From the NCBI RefSeq assembly GCF_964213995.1, contig NC_135808.1, forward strand, positions 108,810,001 through 108,874,000: a stretch of DNA of 64,000 nt, read 5' to 3'. A program made the translations under genes and the position numbers. The notes under the pieces are model-generated. The model did not search any database. It saw only the letters and a list, made by a program, of their open reading frames with translations, and had not been told where the DNA came from. Shown in pieces: positions 1 through 10,782 of this stretch. The stretch comes from Mustelus asterias (lineage: Eukaryota). Positions within the stretch are counted from its first letter, which is position 1; each line of letters begins with the position of its first letter.

Positions 1-314
1 GTGAGTTACTTGCCACAGTATTCCTAGCCTCTGACCTGTTCTTGTAGCCATTAATGATTAATGTAGAGTGTAGTGGTTTGGCTGATGAATCGTACAATGT
101 AAAGAATCAGAGGCCTGCGATATTATGCAGGGAAGTCACAGAATCTGGAGTAATCATTACCTACAGAGCAGATAGGGTTCGGCGATGAATGAGGAAGGCC
201 ACTGATATGAAGAAGAAACAAGAGCAGAAACAATAACTGATCACCTGTTAAGTTAATGTAAAGTCAAGAGGATGAGTCCTTTACTGCAGCATTGCTGGAG
301 TGACTAGCAGCCTC

Positions 315-710
315 AACAACTTGCATTTATATAACACCTTTAATCTAATAAAGCACTGTAAGCATGTCACAGGGGCCTTATGGAACAGAATTTGACCCCA
401 GACACGTAGGGAGGTATTAGAGCAGATGGCCAAAAACATTGACAAAGAGATGGGTTTTAAAGAGAATCTTGAAGAAGGAAAGAGAGACTGAGAGGTGGTG
501 AGGGTTAGGGTGGGAATTTCGAGTTTAGGCCAAAGCAACCAATGGTGAAGTGTTTAAAATCATGGGATCCCCAAAACTAGATGAATGCCGATAGCTTGGC
601 GGGTTGCGTGGCTGAAGGAGATGGCACTGATAGGGTGGGGAAATGCCTCAGAAAGCCTTGAAAATAAGGATGTGAATTTTAAAAACACAGTTTAACCTGG
701 AGCCAATGTA
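315..710 (-). mobile_element. Old L2-like LINE 3' fragment
   Basis: Begins with AACAACTTGCATTTATATAACACCTTT, the reverse complement of an L2-type 3' end; degenerate, no ORF. Confidence 0.45.
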
Positions 711-711
711 G

Positions 712-1767
712 CAAAGAACAAAGAACAGTACAGCACAGGAAACAGGCCCTTCGGCCCTCCAAGCCTGTGCCGCTCCTTGGTCCAACTAGACCAATCGTTT
801 GTATCCCTCCATTCCCAGGCTGCTCATGTGACTATCCAGGTAAGTCTTAAACGATGTCAGCGTGCCTGCCTCCACCACCCTACTTGGCAGCGCATTCCAA
901 GCCCCCACCACCCTCTGTGTAAAAAACATCCCTCTGATATCTGAGTTATACTTCGCCCCTCTCACCTTGAGCCCGTGACCCCTCATGATCGTCACCTCCG
1001 ACCTGGGAAAAAGCTTCCCACTGTTCACCCTATCTATCCCCTTCATAATCTTGTACACCTCTATTAGATCTCCCCTCATTCTCCGTCTTTCCAGGGAGAA
1101 CAACCCCAGTTTACCCAATCTCTCCTCATAGCTAAGATCCTCCATACCAGGCAACATCCTGGTAAACCTTCTCTGCACTCTCTCTAACGCCTCCACGTCC
1201 TTCTGGTAGTGCGGCGACCAGAACTGGACGCAGTACTCCAAATGTGGCCTAACCAGCGTTCTATACAGCTGCATCATCAGACTCCAGCTTTTATACTCTA
1301 TACCCCGTCCTATAAAGGCAAGCATACCATATGCCTTCTTCACCACCTTCTCCACCTGTGTTGCCACCTTCAAGGATTTGTGGACTTGCACACCTAGGTC
1401 CCTCTGTGTTTCTATACTCCTGATGACTCTGCCATTTATTGTATAACTCCTCCCTACATTATTTCTTCCAAAATGCATCACTTCGCATTTATCCGGATTA
1501 AACTCCATCTGCCACCTCTCCGCCCAATTTTCCAGCCTATCTATATCCTGCTGTATTGCCCGACAGTGCTCTTCGCTATCCGCAAGTCCAGCCATCTTCG
1601 TGTCATCCGCAAACTTGCTGATTACACCAGTTACACCTTCTTCCAAATCATTTATATATATCACAAATAGCAGAGGCCCCAGTACAGAGCCCTGCGGAAC
1701 ACCACTGGTCACAGACCTCCAGCTGGAAAAAGACCCTTCGACCACTACCCTGTCTCCTATGGCCAAG
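712..1767 (-). mobile_element. CR1 LINE, 3' part (RT C-terminus and tail), split by a Penelope-like insertion
   Basis: ORF 786-1817 has [35 protein letters not shown]; (TTCTTTG)n tail at 712-725; resumes at 3015. Confidence 0.95.
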
Positions 1768-1859
1768 ATGTGGAGATGCCGGCGTTGGACTGGGGTAAGC
1801 ACAGTAAGAAGTCTCACAACACCAGGTTAAAGTCCAACAGGTTTATTTGGTAGCAAATA

Positions 1860-1896
1860 CCATAAGCTTTCGGAGCAATGCTCCTTCGTCAGATGG
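1860..1896 (-). ncRNA. Minimal type I hammerhead ribozyme motif (inverted arm)
   Basis: Reverse complement of the 2920-2956 motif. Confidence 0.8.
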
Positions 1897-2229
1897 AGTG
1901 GTCTCTGTTCTCAAACAGGGCACAGACACAGAAATCAAATTACAGAATACTGATTAGAATGCAAATCTCTACAGCCAGCCAGGTCTTAAATGTACAGACA
2001 ATGTGGGGGGAGGGAGCATTCAACACAGGTTAAAGAGATGTGTATTGTCTCCAGACAGTACAGCTTGTGAAATTGTGCAAGTCCAGGAGGCAAGCTGTGG
2101 GGGTTACTGATAATGTGACATAAATTCAACATCCCGGTTTAGACCGTCCTCATGTGTGCGGAACTTGGCTATCAATTTCTGCTCAGTGACTCTGCGCTGT
2201 CGTGTGTCGTGAAGGCCATTGTCGTGAAG

Positions 2230-2712
2230 ACCATTGTCCGCAGCAAACTACCCAGCCTTCAGGAGAACAGTGACCACGACACCACACAACCCTGCCACAG
2301 CAACCTCTGCAAGACGTGCCGGATCATCAACACGGATGCCATCATCTCACGTGAGAACACCATCTACCAGGTACACGGTACCTACTCTTGCAACTCGGCC
2401 AACGTTGTCTACCTGATACGCTGCAAGAAAGGATGTCCCGAGGCATGGTACATTGGGGAAACCATGCAGACGCTACGACAACGGATGAATGAACACCGCT
2501 CGACAATCACCAGGCAAGACTGTTCTCTTCCTGTGGGGGAGCACTTCAGCAGTCACAGGCATTCAGCCTTGGACCTTCAGGTAAGCGTTCTCCTGGGCGG
2601 CCTTCACGACACACGACAGCGCAGAGTCACTGAGCAGAAACTGATAGCCAAGTTCCGCACACATGAGGACGGTCTAAACCGGGATGTTGGATTTATGTCA
2701 CATTATCAGTAA
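2230..2712 (+). pseudogene. Penelope-like GIY-YIG endonuclease domain with upstream Cys-rich linker (truncated ORF)
   Basis: PCHSNLCKTC linker, then NVVYLIRC...WYIGET...LRQRMNEH...VGEHF...E...GLN; the ORF's first ~25 codons come from the inverted arm. Confidence 0.9.
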
Positions 2713-2919
2713 CCCCCACAGCTTGCCTCCTGGACTTGCACAATTTCACAAGCTGTACTGTCTGGAGACAATACACATCTCTTTAACCTGTGTTGAATGC
2801 TCCCTCCCCCCACATTGTCTGTACATTTAAGACCTGGCTGGCTGTAGAGATTTGCATTCTAATCAGTATTCTGTAATTTGATTTCTGTGTCTGTGCCCTG
2901 TTTGAGAACAGAGACCACT

Positions 2920-2956
2920 CCATCTGACGAAGGAGCATTGCTCCGAAAGCTTATGG
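2920..2956 (+). ncRNA. Minimal type I hammerhead ribozyme motif in Penelope pLTR
   Basis: CCAT-CTGACGA-A-GGAGC(ATT)GCTCC-GAAA-GC-T-T-ATGG: helix I CCAT/ATGG, catalytic core, helix II, palindromic AGCT helix III. Confidence 0.82.
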
Positions 2957-3014
2957 TATTTGCTACCAAATAAACCTGTTGGACTTTAACCTGGTGTTGT
3001 GAGACTTCTTACTG

Positions 3015-3241
3015 TCCTATGGACAAGCCAGATCTCCACCCATCTAGCCACTTCTCCTTGTATCCCATGAGCCTTCACCTTCTTAACCAACCTGCCATGT
3101 GGGACTTTGTCAAATGCCTTACTGAAATCCATATAGACGACATCCACGGCCCTTCCTTCATCAACCGTTTTTGTCATTTCCTCAAAAAACTCCATCAAAT
3201 TTGTAAGGCACGACCTCCCTCTTACAAAACCATGCTGTCTT
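3015..3241 (-). mobile_element. CR1 LINE, 5' continuation of 712-1767
   Basis: [33 protein letters not shown]; colinear with 712-1767 across the TSD. Confidence 0.92.
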
Positions 3242-3399
3242 AAGTCAAAGAAACAGTGGGCAAGATCTTTGAGCTGTTCACGACAGCATGTTCTTCTGGT
3301 CTCATTGACAATGTATCCCTGCCACGGGTTTCCCGATGGCTGGGGAAGGGGTTGGATTCAATGGGAAATCCCATTGACAGCAGCGGGACCAGAAGATCG

Positions 3400-4537
3400 C
3401 ATGGTAGGTTGTTGCCAAAGGTTAAATCTCACGGGATCCAGAGTGAGGTAGCCAATTGGATATAAAATTGGTTTGACGACAGAAGACAGAGGGTGATTGA
3501 GGAGGATTGTTTTTCAAACTGAAGGCCTGTGACCAGTGGTGTGCCTCAGGGATCGGTGCTGGGTCCACTGTTATTTGTTATTTATGTTCATGATTTAGAT
3601 GAGAATTTAGGAGGCATCGTTAGTAAATTTGCAGATGACACCAAGATTGGTGGCATAGTGGACAGTGAAGAAGGTTATCTAGGATTGTAATGAGATCTTG
3701 ATCAATTAGGCTAGTGGGTTGATGAATGGCAGATGGAGTTTAATTTAGATAAATGCAAGGTGATGCATTTTGGTAGATCGAACAAGAGCAGGACTTACTC
3801 AGTTAATGGTGGACATTGGGGAAAGTTATAGAACAAAGAGATCGAGGGGTACAGGTTCATAGCTCTTTGAAAGTGAAGTCACAGGTGGACAGAGTGGTGA
3901 AGAAGGCATTTGGCATGCTTGGTTTCATTGGTCAAAACATTGAATACAGGAGTTGGGACGTCCTGTTGAAGTTATACAAGACATTGGTAAGGCCACACTT
4001 GGAATACTGTGTACAGTTCTGGCCACCGTATAAAAGCAAGAATATTAATAAAATAGAAAGAGTGCAGAAAATATTTACCAGGATGCTACCGGGACTTGAT
4101 GGTTTGAGTTATAAGGAGAGGTTGGATAGACTGAGACTTTTTTCACTGGAGTGTAGAAGGCTGAGGGTGAACTTATAGAGGTCTATAAAATAATGAGGGG
4201 CACAGATAAGATAGATAGTCAATATCTTTTCCCAAAAGTAGGAGAGTCTAAAACTGGAGGGCATAAGTTTAAGGCGAGAGGGGAGAGATACAAAAGGGTC
4301 CAGAGGGGCAATATTTTCACACAGAGGGTGGTGAGTGTCTGGAGCTGCCAGGGGCAGTAGTAGAGGTGGGTACAATTTTGTCTTTTAAAAAGCATTTAGA
4401 CAGTTACATGGGTAAGATGGGTATTGAGGGAAATGGGCCTAACGCAGACAATTGAGAATAGCTTAGTGGTAAAAGCTGGACAGTATGGACAAGTTGGGCC
4501 AAAGGGCCTGTTTCCATACTGTAAACCTCTATGACTC
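3400..4537 (+). mobile_element. Degenerate CR1 LINE 3' fragment
   Basis: RT motifs broken by stops and frameshifts; ORF 3816-4178 LVRPHLEYCVQFWPP; CR1-type tail. Confidence 0.9.
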
Positions 4538-4934
4538 CTGCTGGCCAATAGTGGACCTCCTCCCGCTGAGAAACACGGCATGGGTGAGCTTGAAAATCCT
4601 GGCCTGTAAGTTTATGAGTTGTTAAACACAAGAAAAAATAATAAAGATGTGATGATGCACACACATAGATATAAGGAGTAAGAAAGAGTCCAATAAACAG
4701 TTAAAGAATATATGATTAAGCCCTTTGCTTGTTTTTGAGGCACAGATTATTGAACTTGCAGTCATTTGAACGATGTAGTTTCCTGTAGAATTCTGGAGTT
4801 GACTTTCTTCAGGTCTGCAGTTTGGTTGAAAACAGTTTTTTAGCTCCCAGAGAGAGAGAGAGAAAGATCTTTTCTGCTCTTTTCCAGCAGTGTTTTAGAT
4901 GACTGCCATGTTTTCTCCTCCTCCTGTTTTTTTT

Positions 4935-6515
4935 GATTTGATTTGATTTGATTTATTATTGTCACATGTATTAACATACAGTGAAAAGTACTGTTTCTTG
5001 CGCGCTATACAGAGAAAACATAGAGAAGAATACAAGAGAGTGCAGAATGTAGTGTTACAGTCGTAGCTAGGGTTTAGAGAAAGATCAACTGAATGCGAGG
5101 TAAGTCCATTCAAAAGTCTGACCGCAGCAGGGAAGAAGCTGTTCTTGAGTCGGTTGGTACGTGACCTCAGACTTTTGTATCTTTTTCCCGACGGAAGAAG
5201 GTGGAAGAGAGAATGTCTGGGGTGCGTGGGGTCCTTAATTATGCTGGCTGCTTTGCCGAGGCAGCGAGAAGTGTAGACAGAGTCAATGGATGGGAGGCTG
5301 GTTTGCGTGATGGATTGGGCTACATTCATGACCTTTTGTAGTTCCTTGCGGTCTTGGGCAGAGCAGGAGCCATACCAAGCTGTGATACAACCAGAAAGAA
5401 TGCTTTTTATGGTGCATCTGTAAAAGTTGGTGAGAGTCGTAGCTGACATGCCAAATTTCCTTAGTCTTTTGAGAAGTAGAGACATTGATGGGCTTTCTTA
5501 ACTATAGCGTCGGCATGGGGAGACCAGAACAGGTTGTTGGTGATCTGGACACCTAAAAACTTGAAGCTCTCGACTCTTTCTATTTCATCCCCATTGATGT
5601 AGACAGGGGCATGTTCTCCTCTACGCTTCCTGAAGTCAATGACAATCTCCTTCGTTTTGTTGACATTGAGGGAGAGATTATTGTTGCCGCACCAGTTCAC
5701 CAGATTCTCTATCTCATTCCTGTACTCTCTCTCGTCGTTGTTTGAGATCCAACCCACTACGCTGGTGTCGTCAGCAAACTTGAAAATCGAATTGGAGGGG
5801 AATTTGGCCGCACAGTCATAGGTGTATAAGGAGTATAGCAGGGGGGCTGAGAACACAGCCTTGTGGGGCACCGGTGTTGAGGATGATCATGGAGGAGGTG
5901 TTGTTGTCTGTCCTTACTGATTGTTAGTTAGGAAGTTCAGGATCCAGTCACAGAGGGAGGTGCCGAGACCCAGGCCATGGAGTTTGGAGATGAGTTTCAT
6001 GGGAATAATAGTGTTGAAGGTTGAGCTGTAGTCAATAAATAGGAGTCTGACATAGGTGTCCTTGTTATCTAGGTGTTCCAGGGTTGAGTGCAGGGCCAGG
6101 GAAATGGCATCTACTGTGGATCTGTTGCGGCGGTAGGCAAACTGTAGTGGATCCAAGTAGTCCAGGAGGCTGGAATTGATTCGTACTATGACTAACCTTT
6201 CAAAGCACTTCATAATGATGGATGTCAGAGCCACCAGCCGATAGTCATTAAGGCACGCTGCTTGGTTTTTCTTAGGTACCTGGATGATGGTTGTCTTCTT
6301 GAAGCAGATAGGGACCTCAGATTGTTGTAAAGAGAGGTTGAAGATATCTGTGAACACCCCCGCCAGCTGATCTGCGCAGGATCTGAGTGCACGTCCGGGT
6401 ACCCCATCCGGGCCAGTCGTTTTCCATGGGTTGACTTTCGAGAAAGGTGTTCTGACATCTGCAATGGTGACCCCAGATACAGATTCATCCAGGGCTTCCA
6501 GGGTGGAGGGCATAC
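4935..6515 (-). mobile_element. Rex1/Babar LINE 3' fragment
   Basis: [51 protein letters not shown] over three frameshifted ORFs; (AATCA)n tail. Confidence 0.9.
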
Positions 6516-6799
6516 TCTTGCTGACCTCTTGCTATCTGTGCTTGACCTGTGAACTTGTAGATAGCTCTCACTCAGTCACCATTTCCTGTCATTATGACAT
6601 CTCTAGAAAGGAAGACAAGTAAAAGCTTGCTTTTAATCATTGTTCGGGATGGTGGAAAGGCATGGTGGGTCATATGGGATGCAAATGGCACCACCGCTAT
6701 GGGAGAAAACTATTGTGGAATGATTTACGTTGATCGTCCATGGGATAGTGACAGAAGTTGATGCATGATGGAACTTCCAGTAAATCCCCTCCTTTGTCA

Positions 6800-7192
6800 G
6801 ATTGACTCAGTTGGTAATACTCCAGCATCAAAGGCAGAAGATTTTCAGTTAGGTTCTACTATAGACCTGCGCACATAATCTAGGCTAAACACCTGTGCAT
6901 CCCTGAGGCATTGCCAAATGTGGCACCTTTTCAAACAAACATTACACCGAAACTCAACCTGTCTGCTCTGATGGATTACAAGATTCAATAGCAGTACCAG
7001 TAAGGTGTTTTCCCAAGGTTACATCCTCCATGAACACTGCCAAAGGCAACCATCGCTGTTTTTGACAATTTACTGTGTACAAAGTGTAAGCTGTGTTTGC
7101 ATTCACAATAATTGAAATTGCTTCAGAGAGTAAATTTGTTGGTCAGTAATCATTTTGGAACATCCTGAGAAGATTAAAGGCATTATATAAAT
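6800..7192 (+). mobile_element. Ancient Deu-domain-like SINE (SacSINE1/AmnSINE-like)
   Basis: tRNA-like head GACTCAGTTGGT, GCACATAATCTAGGCT core, L2-like tail; related copies at about 25270-25355 and 53362-53785. Confidence 0.5.
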
Positions 7193-7194
7193 GT

Positions 7195-8815
7195 CATGGA
7201 ATCATTGAATCATACAGCAGAAGAGGCCCTTCAGCCCATCGAGGCCTCACCAACACATTAGAAACATCTGAACTCCCACCTATTTCCATCTCCCAGCACT
7301 TGGCCCATAGCCCTGAATGTTATGATGTGTCAAGTGCTCATCCAGATACTTTTTAAAGGATGTGAGGCAACCCGCCTCTACCGCCCTCCCAGGCAGCGCA
7401 TTCCAGACCGTCACCACCCTCTGGGTAAAAGAGTTTTTCCTCACATCTCCCCAAACCTCCTGCCCCTCATCTTGAACCTATGTCCCCTCGTGACTGACCC
7501 TTCAATTAAGGGGAACAGCTGCTCCTTATCCACTCTGCACATGTCTCTCATAATCTTGTACACCTCGATCAAAAGGCGTTTGATAAGGTACCACACAAAA
7601 GGTTGCTGAAGAAGATTGGGTCACACGGAGTTGGGGGTAGGGTGTTAGCGTGGATTGGGGATTGGCTATCCGACAGAAAGCAGAGAGTTGGAATAAATGG
7701 GTGCTTTTCTGGTTGGCAGATGGTAACTAGTGGCATGCCGCAGGATCGGTACTGGGGCCTCAACTATTTATCATTTATATAGACGATCTGGAGGAGGGGA
7801 CTGAGTGTGGGGTAACAAAGTTTGCAGACGACACAAAGATAAGTGGAAAAGTGAATCGTGTGGAAGGCGTAGAAGATCTGCAGAGAGATTTGGACAGGCT
7901 GAGTGAGTGGGTGAGGATCTGGCAGATGGAGTATAACGTTGACAAATGCGAGGTTATTCACTTTGGAGGAAATAATAGCAAATTGGATTATTATCTAAAT
8001 GGAAAAAAATTACAACACGCTACTGTGCAAAGGGACCTGGGGGTCCTTGTGCATGAGATGCAAAAACCCAGTCTGCAGGTGCAACAGGTGATCAAGAAGG
8101 CAAATAGGATGTTGGCCTATATCGCAAGGGGGATAGAATATAAAAGCAGAGATGTCTTGCTGCATCCGTACAGGGCATTGGTGAGGCCGCAGCTGGAATA
8201 CTGTGTGCAGTATTGGTCCCCTTATTTGCGGAAGGATATATTGGCCTTGGAGGGAGTGCAGAGAAGGTTCACCAGGTTGATACCAGAGATGAGGGGTGTT
8301 GATTATGAGAGACCGAGCAGATTGGGTTTGTACTCGTTGGAATTTAGAAGGTTGAGGGGGGATCTTATAGAGACCTATAAGATAATGAAGGGGCTGGATA
8401 GGGTAGAGGTGGAGAGATTCTTTCCACTTAGAAAGGAAGCTAGAACTAGAGGGCACAGCCTCAAAATAAAGGGGGGTCAGTTTAGGACAGAGTTGAGGAG
8501 GAACTTCTTCTCTCAGAGGGTGGTGAATCTCTGGAATTCTCTGCCCACTGAATTGGTGGAGGCTACCTCGTTGAATATGTTTAAATCACGGATAGATGGA
8601 TTCCTGATCGGTAAGGGAATTAGGGATTATAGGGATCAGGCGGGTAAGTGGAACTGATCCACTTCAGATCAGCCATGATCTTATTGAATGGCGGGGCAGG
8701 CTCGAGGGGCTAGATGGCCTGCTCCTGCTCCTATTTCTTATGTTCTTATGATCAGAGTGCCCCTCAGTCTTCTCTGCTCCAATGAAAACAACCCAAGCCT
8801 ACGCAACCTCTCTTC
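7195..8815 (-). mobile_element. CR1 3' fragment hosting a nested CR1 (host pieces 7195-7570 and 8750-8815)
   Basis: Same tail family as 28470-28790 and 35470-35836; GATCA repeated at both junctions. Confidence 0.75.
7571..8750 (+). mobile_element. CR1 LINE 3' fragment
   Basis: ORF 7851-8657 encodes the CR1 RT C-terminus; (TTCTTATG)n tail. Confidence 0.93.
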
Positions 8816-8993
8816 ATGTAAATTATTTCTACATATGTTGTATTCTACCCTGCAGCTTACCTTATTAGTTTGTGTAATTTAATAATTAGAAAACAGTTCT
8901 GATACCTTTAATGGCTTGGCTTTGGTATAGCGTTGTCTGCTTTGCATGGGAGGTAGTTTTCATTTCATAACATCATATTGACATGGCAACTTA

Positions 8994-9820
8994 GGCTGGG
9001 ATTCTCCCAAAAAAGTTCAAAGTGTTGAATTCACAGGAAAACTGGAGTAAATTGTGTTGTTTTTTTCAGTGGGAGTTCACACTAGAATCTCCCACACTCT
9101 GTGCAATGCAGAGATCACCAGCGTGATTATCATTAGATTTCAGGGGGCGGGGCCTATTCCCACCCAGGAGGCAGACAGTTCAGGGCCTCTCTCCAGCCCG
9201 CCCTGATCGTGGCCTCCCTCCAGCCCCCATCGATCGCAATGACAGAATGACAGCCGGACCCTCCCCATCCATGCCGATCGCCCCCTAGGCTCCGCCCCCC
9301 AGCTGACCCCACCTCTAGGCCCCGCCCCCTTTACATTGCCCATGCCTGATGGGCAGTGCCACGGTGCCCCCTGAACATGGGCACTTAGCTTCTTGGGCAG
9401 TGCCAGGGAACACAGGCTGGCACTGCCAGGGTGCCCATTCCCAGGGGGCACCGCCCTCCACCGCCCGAACCCCTGGGGGGCCCCAATTGCCCTCCTTTCA
9501 TTCCAGCATGGTCGAAAGTGGGGAGCTAGTCTGAACCCCACTGGAGTGAAATACTCCTGACGGGGTGGAAAATGCTAGCGGGTCCGGAGAATTCAGTCCC
9601 GGGCCTGCTATTCACATTTGAATTACATTAAAATGAGATTAAAATAACTTACCTGGTGTTCCCGCCGGTTTCTAGCACGAATCAGGCGGCACCGGATATC
9701 CGGCAGTGGGAGCTTCACGCACGGCAGGAACGCATGTGCGAATCCCACGAATCGACCGACACGCAATTATCCCGGCCCGCCACACTAAAAAATTAATGCG
9801 GCGGGATGAGAGAATCCCCC
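8994..9820. mobile_element. Non-autonomous PIF/Harbinger-like DNA transposon
   Basis: Ends GGCTGGGATTCTCCC ... GAGAGAATCCCCCC, preceded by TTA; internally homologous to 39628-40740. Confidence 0.7.
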
Positions 9821-10567
9821 CCCCTCCCCGCCCCCACCGACCTAATTTTGTCTTGCTCTCTCTAGTGAACAACCTGAAAGATCACTTGAATCACTTGAAT
9901 CAGAGGCTGTTCATTCAACCACCCAAAATGTTCCATACTTCAGCGAAGACACACTGCCAATCACATCCCCACAATTCAAATAATCAGGAGCCAGAGGCAT
10001 TCATGGTGTCCAGAAGACGTAAGGATCAATTTTGAGAATCGCTGTTCATACCTCACAAGCAAAGGGTGTGGGCAGGAAAATTAGGCACTCAGCCACTCAG
10101 GGAACCCAACTTTCTGACAGGTAATTTGAGAGCAAAAGAGTTCATGACACCAGCAGACGGAGGCTTCATATCGATATTAAATTAGTTTCAGCTTTACAAA
10201 GCCTCATCAGGCAGGATGTTGGAGCCCATCCCACCTGGCGGGATATTCTGGTCCTGTCAAACTGAATGGAGATTTAAATGGCTCATCACATCTGCCGGGG
10301 GGAGACATGCTGTTCCGTGGCCATGAAATCAAAATCTTACATCAATTGGCATGGTTCAAACCATGCCTTTGAAAACTGACACATGAAACAGGCATCTTAG
10401 AGAATTCAGATAAATCAGCAAGTTCGTTTTGCTTATTATGTGCCCATTGCTAAGGTCAAAGTTTATTTATTAGTCACAAGTAAGGCTTACATTAACACTG
10501 CAATGAAGTTACTGTGAAATTCCCCTAGTTGCCATAATGATACTGAACACGAGTTTGATCCCAGCAG

Positions 10568-10782
10568 TCACTTCCTTTCCAGGGTGAGCCTGTCAAACAG
10601 GTACTCTCCCATGCCATTCCCAGGGGCTCCCAGTCTCTTCAGGTTGGTGATGTGATTTCCAAGCTTTTTGATCACCTTCACTTGTTCATCCAAGTAATGA
10701 GTCTTCAGGAAGTCACAAAGATAAGGATCAGTGTGTCCAGAGGAGAGTTTGTGCAGATCCAGCAGACTCTGGTTCACGTTCT
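10568..10782 (-). pseudogene. 5'-truncated ferritin heavy/middle-chain retrocopy
   Basis: [12 protein letters not shown]...[36 protein letters not shown]...[11 protein letters not shown]; no intron at DP(H/Y)|LCDF; no N-terminal part in the window. Confidence 0.88.

Larger units (their letters stand above)
1768..3014 (+). mobile_element. 5'-truncated Penelope-like element (probably Neptune-type) with inverted 417-bp arms
   Basis: 1801-2217 is the reverse complement of 2599-3015 (about 2 mismatches, no indels); TSD TCCTATGGCCAAG 1755-1767 / TCCTATGGACAAG 3015-3027. Confidence 0.93.

Noticed and set aside
786-1817. 343-aa ORF as an intact gene
   Set aside because: It is a truncated CR1 RT whose first codons come from the inserted Penelope-like tail; the N-terminus is a junction artefact.
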